Below, piece after piece: positions 1-9,007 of a stretch of 32,231 nt of DNA. Source of the DNA: an uncultured Clostridia bacterium (GTDB lineage: Bacteria; Bacillota; Clostridia; TANB77; CAG-508); the NCBI GenBank assembly GCA_947625565.1, contig CANQOU010000002.1, forward strand, positions 1 through 32,231. The letters are read 5' to 3'. The notes beneath the pieces are model-generated. The model was not told where the DNA came from, searched no databases, and was given only the letters and a program-made list of their open reading frames with translations. The translations under genes and the position numbers were made by a program. Each line of letters opens with the position of its first letter. The first letter of the stretch is position 1.

Positions 1-218
1 ACAATGAAATCATGCCAAAATTTGATAAAGATATTTTTGAACTAATGATAGAAAAAGTTATAATAGGAGAAAAAGAAGCAAATGGAAAAGTAAATCCAAG
101 AGTTATAACTTTTATCCTAAAAAGTGGCAATGAAATTAAATGTGAGGACAATAAAAATCAACAGTCATCATACGAGGTAAGCAAAAACTATCTACCAAAA
201 GTATGTGAGCCATTGTGA
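1..218 (+). CDS. Large serine recombinase, C-terminal fragment (5' end lies off-window)
   Basis: The frame is open from the window edge (codons from nt 3). The tail ..FDKDIFELMIEKVIIGEKEANGKVNPRVITFILKSGNEI resembles the C-terminal module of clostridial large serine recombinases. Only about 70 aa are visible. Confidence 0.5.
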   Translation, partial: NEIMPKFDKDIFELMIEKVIIGEKEANGKVNPRVITFILKSGNEIKCEDNKNQQSSYEVSKNYLPKVCEPL

Positions 219-340
219 AGTGCTTACCAGCTTAAATCTAAGATAAGGTAATATTTTCATACTATAATGGAAATTTGAATAAATAATTATTTAAAAATTG
301 AAAAAAGATACATTATTAAAAAATAGAAAAGGGGAAACCA

Positions 341-2257
341 ATGAATTTTATTGAAAAAATAAAGGAAAGTATTAAAGAATATAAACAATATAAAAATCCT
401 ACACATTCAAAAGCTTTAACTGTACAAAGTAAGAAAAATAAAAATATATATAAATATATGCAAGCCAAAAGCTTAGAAAGAAAGTATGGAGATGCTTTAT
501 ATAAACATTTTGAAGTAATGAATGACATTGAAAGTTATGATTTTTTAATAAGATTATTTGGAAAAAGAAATATAGAAAAAGCTTTAAATGATGAAGAAGC
601 TACAACTGCAGAAATAGCTGATAAATTTCTTGAAATAGGGAATATAAAAGATTCTAATGAAATACAAACGAATTATGTTTTGAAAAATATGATGAATTGT
701 ATAATTTTTAATAGAGCAACAGGCTTAAATTTATCAGAATTTAAATTAGGTATTATGCCAGAAAAATTCTATAGAAAAGCATTAGATAATAAGAGTATGC
801 TTAACATACTTGATGAAAACAAGGTAACAAAAGATATTCTAAAAGAGATATATGATATATATAGAGATGAAATAATATCTTGCTATAATGAAGATGCATA
901 TTTAAGAAACAAAACTGTATTAAAATTAGATGGAAAATATGAAAATATAAGTGCAGTTGGGGGATTGCAAGATCATATAACAGACTATTCAGAAAAAGAT
1001 TTTATTACAATTTTTGAAAAGTATTTTTCTAATGAAGAATTATCAAAAACAGAGCAATATATTTTAATAGGACTATTAGCAAAAGAAGCAGATTTAATTG
1101 GAACATATACTGTTAAAAATTTAAAAGAACATTATGAATACATAAAATCAGAGATAAAGGTTGGAATTTTCGATGACATAATACTTTCAAATAAAAGATA
1201 TACCAATAATGAAAGAAAAAAGATAGTAGCACTTTCAAAAGTTTGGAAAAAAGAAGACTTAAAAAGATATAATAATCTAGAATTATTAAGAAAAAGATTA
1301 GAAAGCCTATCAAAAACACAAAAAACTCTTAAAGATATAAGCACTATTGACGAAATATTATCAAAATCGCTTGATGAAGTAACATTAGAAGGGAATGAAA
1401 TATCAGATTCTATGGATTTGGTGTTTATGGATTACGAAATAGAAAATAGAAATCAAATTATAGATAAAGTATATAATCCACCAAAAGCAGAAGAAATTGT
1501 AATAACAGACTTAGCACAAATAGATTCTGCTACTATGTTACATTTTTTTCATCCAAATAAAGCAATGTCAAGTTTTAATATTTATGTAAAAGAACTAGAA
1601 GAGAAAAAATCAAAAGAAATAGGAAAGAAGTTTGAGTTTTCAGAAGACGAAAAAAAAGCAATGCTAGTACAATATCAAACTAAAGAAAATAAGTATATAA
1701 CAGATTATGCTTTAGACTTTGAAGGAATAGGACAAGTAGGAAGCTTTGATACGAGATATGTTACTAATACCTCAAACCAATTATGTGCAATGATTACAAC
1801 ACCAAAAGAGATTCTTTCAGGAAATGTAACAAGAGGAAAAATAGCACTTGGATTTTCAAAAGAAACACTAAATCCAGAATTAATTGTAACTACTTCTAAT
1901 AAAAATATACATTCAAATAAAGGGATTGACTATGTTGAAAGTAATAATGAATTTAAAGACTTTTCAGCTTCATATGATGAGCTTGCATCAGATGAAAAAA
2001 CATATGGAGGAAATAATGAAATAGTATTATTTAGAAACTCATCTGAAGCATCATTAAAACCATCATATGTGATGTATATTGGAGATAACAAATTAGATTC
2101 AGAATATGAAAAGAAAAACATAAAAATGATAAAAGAGCAAATGGTAGAAGCTGGATTAAAAGTACCATTAGTAATATTTGACAGATTTTCTATTAAAGAA
2201 AAGACAAAAAATGTTCAATTAAAACAAAATAAAAACAATGATATTGAAGAAAGATAG
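341..2257 (+). CDS. Hypothetical 638-aa protein with no family recognised; Lys/Glu-rich, with no signal peptide or TM segment seen
   Basis: Long uninterrupted ORF with RBS aaaagggga upstream of the ATG. The C-terminal third shows a weak R / TTS / E-I-V-L-F-R pattern (see findings). Confidence 0.75.
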   Translation: MNFIEKIKESIKEYKQYKNPTHSKALTVQSKKNKNIYKYMQAKSLERKYGDALYKHFEVMNDIESYDFLIRLFGKRNIEKALNDEEATTAEIADKFLEIGNIKDSNEIQTNYVLKNMMNCIIFNRATGLNLSEFKLGIMPEKFYRKALDNKSMLNILDENKVTKDILKEIYDIYRDEIISCYNEDAYLRNKTVLKLDGKYENISAVGGLQDHITDYSEKDFITIFEKYFSNEELSKTEQYILIGLLAKEADLIGTYTVKNLKEHYEYIKSEIKVGIFDDIILSNKRYTNNERKKIVALSKVWKKEDLKRYNNLELLRKRLESLSKTQKTLKDISTIDEILSKSLDEVTLEGNEISDSMDLVFMDYEIENRNQIIDKVYNPPKAEEIVITDLAQIDSATMLHFFHPNKAMSSFNIYVKELEEKKSKEIGKKFEFSEDEKKAMLVQYQTKENKYITDYALDFEGIGQVGSFDTRYVTNTSNQLCAMITTPKEILSGNVTRGKIALGFSKETLNPELIVTTSNKNIHSNKGIDYVESNNEFKDFSASYDELASDEKTYGGNNEIVLFRNSSEASLKPSYVMYIGDNKLDSEYEKKNIKMIKEQMVEAGLKVPLVIFDRFSIKEKTKNVQLKQNKNNDIEER

Positions 2258-2308
2258 GTTAAAAAAGAAAACCAAAATATATTAATAAGGACATAAGGAG
2301 GTAACACT

Positions 2309-2869
2309 ATGAATTTAAGAGAACAGATAGAAAACTATAAACCATATAATAATCAAGAAGAAAATGACCAAAAAATGATGTTAGAATATATAAATACATT
2401 TGATGATGTATTAACAAGAGAAAATAAAATGTGTCATTTTTCTGCATCAAATTGGATAGTAAATAAAGAAAGAACGAAAGTATTAATGATATATCATAAT
2501 ATATATAAATCTTGGGCTTGGACAGGTGGACATTGTGATGGAGATAGCAATTTGTTAAATGTTGCCATAAGAGAAGCTAAAGAAGAAACAGGATTACAGA
2601 ACTTTAAAGTTTTAAGTAATGGGATTTTTGGAATACAAATACTTACAGTAGATAGCCATATAAAAAGGGGTAGTTTTGTATGCTCTCATTTGCATTTAGA
2701 CGGCTGTTTTTTACTAGAAGCAGACGAAAAAGATGAACTAAGGATAAAAGAAGATGAAAATAGTAATGTTAAATGGATTGATATAGATAAAGCAGTTGAA
2801 ATCACAAATGAAGAAAGAATGAAACCAATTTATAAAAAATTAAACGAAAAATTATATAAGGAGTTTTAA
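2309..2869 (+). CDS. NUDIX hydrolase
   Basis: NUDIX box GGHCDGDSNLLNVAIREAKEETGL (core REx2EExG intact; the first box Glu is replaced by Ser). RBS aaggagg upstream. Confidence 0.85.
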   Translation: MNLREQIENYKPYNNQEENDQKMMLEYINTFDDVLTRENKMCHFSASNWIVNKERTKVLMIYHNIYKSWAWTGGHCDGDSNLLNVAIREAKEETGLQNFKVLSNGIFGIQILTVDSHIKRGSFVCSHLHLDGCFLLEADEKDELRIKEDENSNVKWIDIDKAVEITNEERMKPIYKKLNEKLYKEF

Positions 2870-2875
2870 AAAATA

Positions 2876-3472
2876 ATGAAGGTATTATTTGCTACTACAA
2901 ATCCAGCAAAAGTAAAAAAATATGCTGAGCAATTATCAAAAAGAAATATACAATTAGTAACAATCAAAGATTTAGGAATTAATATTCATATAGAAGAAAA
3001 CGGAAAGGATGCTATAGAAAATGCATATATAAAAGCTAAAGCATATTATGATGTAGCAGGAATAACAACTATAGGAATGGACAACAATTTGTATATAGAA
3101 GGAATACCAGAAGATAAGCAACCAGGAACTCATGTAAGGAGAGTAAAAGGAAAAGAAATGACAGATGATGAAATGATAGAGTATTATACAAATTTGGTAA
3201 AATCATATGGTGGAAAATTAAATGCTAAATGGGTATATGGAATAGTAATATATAATGGCAAAGAAACAAAAAAATATTGTTGGAGTAAAGAAAACTTTTA
3301 TTTAGTAGATATTCCTTGTAAAAAAAGGAATATAGGATATCCTTTAGATTCAATATCAATTATGCCAGAAATCAACAAATATTTTGTGGAATTAACACAA
3401 GAAGATAGAAATAAAGATAAACGAAACTATAATGAAGATGATGTAATAAAATTTATTGCAGATAATGTATAG
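2876..3472 (+). CDS. Ham1/RdgB-like (Maf/Ham1 superfamily) non-canonical NTP pyrophosphatase-like protein
   Basis: N-terminus MKVLFATTNPAKVKKY.. and ..ENAYIKAKAYY..GMDNNLYIEGIPEDKQPG.. resemble the ATGNxGK / ENAxxKA / DDSGLxV layout of ITPases. The similarity is moderate and judged by eye. Confidence 0.55.
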   Translation: MKVLFATTNPAKVKKYAEQLSKRNIQLVTIKDLGINIHIEENGKDAIENAYIKAKAYYDVAGITTIGMDNNLYIEGIPEDKQPGTHVRRVKGKEMTDDEMIEYYTNLVKSYGGKLNAKWVYGIVIYNGKETKKYCWSKENFYLVDIPCKKRNIGYPLDSISIMPEINKYFVELTQEDRNKDKRNYNEDDVIKFIADNV

Positions 3473-3549
3473 TAAAAAAGTAAGATTTCAGTAATTATAA
3501 ATTTTAAATGGGTAATAATCCGGAAAAATTGTATAAAAGGAGCAATTCA

Positions 3550-4365
3550 ATGGAAATATGGGATATATTAGATGAAAATGGAAACAAAACTGGAAAAACT
3601 ATACAAAAAGGAGAAATGATTCCAGAAGGATATTATCATATGGGAGCAGATATATGGATTATAGACTCAAGAAATAATATTCTTATTCAAAAACGTTCTC
3701 CACAGAAAAAACAATCTCCAAATGTATGGGCAATGACAGGTGGTTCTGTTATAAAAGGAGAAACAACATTAGAAACTATAGAAAGAGAAACTTTTGAAGA
3801 ATTAGGAATAAAACTTAATATGAAAGATATAAAACTTGTAAATCACTATAAAACAGGTAGAGTATGGATAGATTCATATTTAATAAAACAAGAAGTTGAT
3901 ATTAAAGACATAGTTATGCAGGAAGAAGAAGTTTCAGATGTCAAATGGGCAGCATATGAAGAAATAGAAGAACTCAATTCAAATGAAAATTTTTTACATA
4001 ACAGATGGGACTATGTAAAAAATGTAATAAACTCAATTTCATATATCGGAAAAGAACTAGAAATAAATGTAGATAGACCATTAGGAAGTAGTCACCCACA
4101 ATATCAAGACCATATATATAAAACAAATTATGGATTTGTACCAAATACTATAAGTGGAGACGGAGAAGAAATAGACTGCTATATATTAGGAGAAGACAAA
4201 CCAATAAAGAAATATAAAGGAAAATGTATTGCTGTTATTCATAGATTAAATGATAACGAAGATAAGCTAATTATAGCTCCAAATAACAAAAAATATACAG
4301 AAAAAGAAATTAAAGAAATAACAAATTTCCAAGAAAAATATTTTAAAAGTGTTATTATAATGTAA
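3550..4365 (+). CDS. NUDIX hydrolase fused to an inorganic-pyrophosphatase-like C-terminal domain
   Basis: Canonical NUDIX box GGSVIKGETTLETIERETFEELGI. The C-terminal part INVDRPLGSSHP..YGFVPNTISGDGEEIDCYILGE..AVIHRLNDNEDKLI resembles family I PPase. Start moved to ATG 3550 (RBS aaaggag 7 nt upstream) rather than track start 3508. Confidence 0.75.
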   Translation: MEIWDILDENGNKTGKTIQKGEMIPEGYYHMGADIWIIDSRNNILIQKRSPQKKQSPNVWAMTGGSVIKGETTLETIERETFEELGIKLNMKDIKLVNHYKTGRVWIDSYLIKQEVDIKDIVMQEEEVSDVKWAAYEEIEELNSNENFLHNRWDYVKNVINSISYIGKELEINVDRPLGSSHPQYQDHIYKTNYGFVPNTISGDGEEIDCYILGEDKPIKKYKGKCIAVIHRLNDNEDKLIIAPNNKKYTEKEIKEITNFQEKYFKSVIIM

Positions 4366-4429
4366 TATTGATATTTTTAAATTCATGTAGTAAAATAAGG
4401 AAAATAAATATCCAAAAGAGGTAAGAAAA

Positions 4430-6104
4430 ATGAAAGGAAAACGTGTTAAAAAGGAAAAAAATAGATCAAATAAAAAAGCTATTATAATTGCTATTGTACT
4501 GATATGTTTAGCAATTATAGGAAGCATGCTATTTTATATATTTATACCTAAAGTAAAAGACAGATTAATAATAGAATTAGGCACAAAAAAGGAATTGTCA
4601 GTGTTGGACTTTATAGAAAGAGAAAATAGTAGTGATAAAGCCCAATTTATTACTGATATGTCACAAATAGACTTAAGTAAAGTAGGAGAATATGATATAA
4701 AACTTACATATAAAGGAAAAGAATATACTAGTAAACTAACCATACAAGATACAGTAGCACCAGTTGTTGAATTTCAAGATATTGAAAAACCTATTGGATA
4801 TGAAATGAATGCAAAAGATTTTATTAAATCTGTTACAGATGCAAGTGAAGAGACAAATGCAGAAGTGCTAAATCCAGAAGAAATAAATGTAGAGGAATTT
4901 GGAGAATATACAGCTCGTATTAAAGTAGAGGATTCATCTGGAAATGAAGTAGAAAAAAAATGTAAATTAACAATTACATATATTGCATCAGAATTTAATT
5001 TAGAACTTGGTAATCAATTAAAAATTGAAGATATAATTTATGATATGCAAAAAGCTGGTAACTCAGTCAAACAAGAAGATATTGATGCAATCAATAAAAA
5101 GGGTGTTGGAGAATATGAAATCCATTCAACATATAACGGAGTAGAAAAAATCACAAAAATAATTATAAAAGATACACTTCCACCAGACTTAAAAGTAAAG
5201 GATATAACTATTTATGTTGGACAACAAGTAGATGATTTAAATCAATTTATCGAATCTGCAAATGATGCAAGTAAAGTTACAACAAATATATTGACAACAC
5301 CTGATTTTTCTAAAGAAGGAGAGCAAGAAATTACAATACAAGCGGTAGATGAATATGGAAACAAAGCAACCAAAACAGCTAGATTAACTATAAAACAAGA
5401 CAAAGAAGGACCAGTATTTTCAGGATTAAATCAAATCAATATAACAGTAGGAGGAAGTATTGATTATAAAAAAGGAGTATCTGCAAAAGATGAAAAAGAT
5501 GGAGACACAGAATTTACAGTAGATAGTAATAATGTCAATACTCGGAAAAGCAGGAACATATGAAGCAACTTACACAGCAAAAGATAAGTCTGGAAATCAA
5601 ACAGTAAATAAAAGAAAAGTAGTTGTTTCTGAAAAAAAGGCAGCAACAAATTCAACAGAAGAATTAAATGCACAAGCAGATGCATTGATTAGTAAAGTAG
5701 CAGGCTCAGGTAGTATCAGTCAAAAAGTATTAAATTTGGTTATATATTTTAAAAATCAATCAAACCTTCGTTATTCTCATACATACAATGAAGGAAATGC
5801 AGGAGGATGGCAAAATGGGGCTAGAATTGCATTAAACAAAAAAACAGGTGATTGTTATATTCACGCATCAGTTATGAAACTAATGCTAGAAAGATTAGGA
5901 CTTCCAAACTATATTGTACAATGTACAGATAAATCACATGCTTGGAATCTAATAAAAATAAATGGAGTATGGAGACATATAGATTCTACACCTACTGTAG
6001 ACCATTATCCAAATGAACTTATGACAGATAGTAGAAGATATCAAACTTTGCAATGGTTACATCCAAGAGATTGGAACCGTTCAGCATATCCAGCAGCAAA
6101 TTAA
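4430..6104 (+). CDS. Membrane-anchored surface protein with repeated Ig-like (DUF5011-type) modules and a C-terminal transglutaminase-like Cys-protease domain; frame broken at CGG 5543
   Basis: N-terminal TM anchor, then four repeats (..KVGEYDIKLTY.., ..GVGEYEIHSTY.., ..EGEQEITIQAVDEYGN.., ..GKAGTYEATYTAKDKSGN..). The C-terminal GDCYIHASV..SHAWN..HIDST is a Cys/His/Asp transglutaminase-like core. ORFs 4430-5563 and 5532-6104 join if C5543 is skipped. Confidence 0.8.
5543..5545 (+). other. In-frame CGG at a frame break (ACT CGG AAA; +1 frame GGA AAA GCA)
   Basis: Read directly from the sequence. Frame 2 stops at 5561-5563 and frame 3 is open from 5523. Confidence 0.9.
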
Positions 6105-6122
6105 ATAAAAAAGGAGCAACAT

Positions 6123-7413
6123 ATGAATCTAGTATCAGGAATTATGTTTGTAATAATGCTTATAACTGCATTTGTATATTACCTTGTGCCTAAAAAAGCT
6201 AAACCATATACTTTACTTATAATTAGTATTGCATTTTATATAAGCTTAGGGTGGCAACCTTTAATATTTATTGTATTTAGTTCTATTACAACATATATAG
6301 CAGGTATCTTATTAGAAAATAAAGAAAGTAAAACAATAAAAAGAATAATATTAGCAATTACAGTTATTTTGAATGGCTTAATATTGATAATTCTTAAAAA
6401 TCAAATATTTGTAAAAGATATTATTGTACCAATGGGAATTTCATATTATACATTTCAAGTTATTTCTTATATTGCAGATATTTATAAGAAAAAATATGAA
6501 GCCCAGAAAAACTTGGCAAAATACTTTTTGTATACAATGTATTTTCCATATTTATCTATTGGACCAATAAATAGGTATAATGATATTACGCCAACATTAT
6601 ATGAAACAGATAAAAAATTCAATAGCAGTCAGGCTTTTTATGGATTATTGCGTATATTATTTGGAATTTTCAAAAAATTAGTAGTTGCAAATCGTATTCA
6701 AATCTTAATAGCAACAATAACAGGAGATACTAACACATATCAAGGAGCATTTGCATTATTTGCTATGTTGTTATACTCAATTGAATTATATTGTGATTTT
6801 AGTGGTGGAATTGATGTTGTAATAGGATTTTCAAAAATTTTGGAGAAGATGGCATATTTCACTTAGTAACTGGTTTAGAGACTATGTATATATTCCATTA
6901 GGTGGAAGCAGATGTGGGGATTTAAGAACTAATATAAATGTTATTATTGTATTTGTATTATCAGGATTATGGCATGGAACTCAATATGTTTTATGGGGAT
7001 TATTGCATGGTATTTTCCTATTATTAGGCAAAGTAATAAAAACACCATGGAAAATTGTAAATCGAGTAATTACATTTTTAATAGTATCAATCTTATGGGC
7101 ATTTTTTATATGGCCAAATACAGTACAAGCTTGTCAAATGATAGCATCTGTATTTACGCAATTTAATTATCAAGCACTAATTCAAAATATAGGAAGCTTA
7201 GGATTAAGCTTAGCCAATTATATTGTATTGATAATAGCAACAATCATGGTATTTATTTATGAAGGCAAGAAAAAAGTAATAAATGAAAAGATAAAAAATA
7301 AAGCACCAGAAATTAAACTAATATTAACAATTAGTGCTATACTAATTATACTTGTTTTTGGAGTATATGGAATTGGATTTGATGCTAGTCAATTTATTTA
7401 TAACAAATTCTAA
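6123..7413 (+). pseudogene. MBOAT-family (AlgI/DltB-like) membrane O-acyltransferase, disrupted by an apparent internal deletion plus frameshift near 6835-6843
   Basis: N-terminal part has ..[48 protein letters not shown]. The second part, in frame 1 from 6826, has [37 protein letters not shown]. Roughly 18 aa normally found between the DFSG and FWRRWH motifs are missing. Confidence 0.8.
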
Positions 7414-7439
7414 TATACACCTTAAGGAAGGAATAAGAT

Positions 7440-8453
7440 ATGAAAACAATAAAAAGAGTAATCAAGATTATAGTAATACTTGTAATAGCTATTTTAATAT
7501 TTTATCTGTTAAATAAACTACTTATGCCAAAATATATGACAGATTTAGTAGAAGGAAGTATGATTAGCCAGTATTATGATGAGGAAAAAAATCATGAAGT
7601 TATTTTCATTGGAGACTGTGAAGTATATGCAAACTTTTCACCAATGGTATTATATCAAGAAGAAGGAATTACTTCATATGTAAGAGGTTCTTCACAACAA
7701 ATGATATGGCAATCATATTATTTATTAAAGGAAACATTAAAATATGAAATACCAAAAATTGTAGTATTTAATGTGAATTCTATGAGATATAGTGAACCTG
7801 TTAGTGAAGCATATAATCGTTTGACATTAGATAAAATGAAATGGTCTAAAGAAAAATATGATATGATAAAAGCATCTATGCTTGATGAAGAAACGATGAC
7901 ATCATATATTTTCCCAATTTTAAGATATCATGATAGATTTGATAAATTGACTAAAGAAGATATTGAATATTTATTTGATAAAAAGAAAAATACATATCAG
8001 GGATTTTTAATAAATAAAGAAGTTAAGCCTTTAGAAAATAAGCCAGTAGTAAAAAAGCTAGCCAATTATCAATTTGCTGATATTGATTATGAATACTTAG
8101 AAAAAATCAAAGATTTATGTGCAGAAAACGATATTAAATTATTGCTTATAAAGGCACCAAGTGTTTATCCACATTGGTATGACGAATATGATGCTCAAAT
8201 AGAAAAATTTGCAGAAGAAAATCACATAAATTTCGTTAATTTTCTTGACAAAGTAGGAGAAATTGGTATAGATTATAGTCAAGACACATATGATAGAGGT
8301 TTACATCTAAATCTAACAGGTGCAACAAAATTAAGTAAATATTTTGCAGCGTATTTAAAGGACAATTATGAACTGACAGATTATCGAGAAAATAAAGAAA
8401 TAGATGACATCTATCAAAGAAAATTAGAGCAATATATGAAAGAAATAATGTAG
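7440..8453 (+). CDS. SGNH/DltD-like hydrolase-acyltransferase partner of the MBOAT protein
   Basis: N-terminal TM anchor, then VIFIGDCEVY (block I-like) and ..DRGLHLNLTGATKLSKY (block V DxxH-like). Sits directly downstream of the MBOAT gene. Confidence 0.6.
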   Translation: MKTIKRVIKIIVILVIAILIFYLLNKLLMPKYMTDLVEGSMISQYYDEEKNHEVIFIGDCEVYANFSPMVLYQEEGITSYVRGSSQQMIWQSYYLLKETLKYEIPKIVVFNVNSMRYSEPVSEAYNRLTLDKMKWSKEKYDMIKASMLDEETMTSYIFPILRYHDRFDKLTKEDIEYLFDKKKNTYQGFLINKEVKPLENKPVVKKLANYQFADIDYEYLEKIKDLCAENDIKLLLIKAPSVYPHWYDEYDAQIEKFAEENHINFVNFLDKVGEIGIDYSQDTYDRGLHLNLTGATKLSKYFAAYLKDNYELTDYRENKEIDDIYQRKLEQYMKEIM

Positions 8454-8464
8454 GAGGAATAAGA

Positions 8465-8998
8465 ATGAAAAATAAGGGAACGATAATAGCGATTATTGTA
8501 ATAGTTGTAATTTTAGTAATTATAGGAGCTTTTATAATATTAAACTCAAAACAAGAAAATAAAACAGTGGGAGATGCCGAAACATCAGTGAGTCAAGAAT
8601 CAAAAGATATATATCAATTTCAAGCAGAAGATAAAACAGTACAATTAGGAGTTGATTTTGCATCATTAAATATGCCAAAAGAAAATGATTATGCAGAAAT
8701 GGAAAGCTGTGCATTTGAAGGACTAGACAAAGAATATACATATGACCATTATGTAATTTCAACTTATCCAGAAGGAGAAATAGATAAAGTTAAATCTGTT
8801 TACTTTTTAGATGAAGAAGCACAAACAACAGAAGGAGTAAAAATAGGTGATACTTATGATAAAATGGTAGAAGTATATGGAGAGGATTATCAAAATTTAG
8901 ATAATCAATATACTTATGAGAAAGAAAAAACACAAATTATATTTTTAGTAGAAGACAATGTAATTTCTCAAATAGAATATAATTATGTAACAGAATAG
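8465..8998 (+). CDS. Membrane-anchored hypothetical protein
   Basis: N-terminal hydrophobic anchor IIAIIVIVVILVIIGAFIIL, RBS taggagg upstream. No family recognised. Confidence 0.6.
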   Translation: MKNKGTIIAIIVIVVILVIIGAFIILNSKQENKTVGDAETSVSQESKDIYQFQAEDKTVQLGVDFASLNMPKENDYAEMESCAFEGLDKEYTYDHYVISTYPEGEIDKVKSVYFLDEEAQTTEGVKIGDTYDKMVEVYGEDYQNLDNQYTYEKEKTQIIFLVEDNVISQIEYNYVTE

Positions 8999-9007
8999 GA
9001 GAGAAAA

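Noticed and set aside
316-2121. Minus-strand ORFs 316-528, 1113-1319, 1132-1344 and 1930-2121, lying antisense to the 638-aa gene.
   Set aside because: They have low-complexity Leu/Phe/Ser/Ile composition, typical of the antisense strand of AT-rich Lys/Glu-rich genes. They lack an RBS and are fully nested in a much longer ORF.
6969-7166. ORF 6969-7166 (65 aa), and ORF 7003-7413 taken as an independent gene.
   Set aside because: 6969-7166 is an out-of-frame shadow. 7003-7413 is only the ATG-delimited tail of the MBOAT second half, whose frame is already open from 6826 and encodes the FWRRWH..GLWHG motifs upstream of that ATG.
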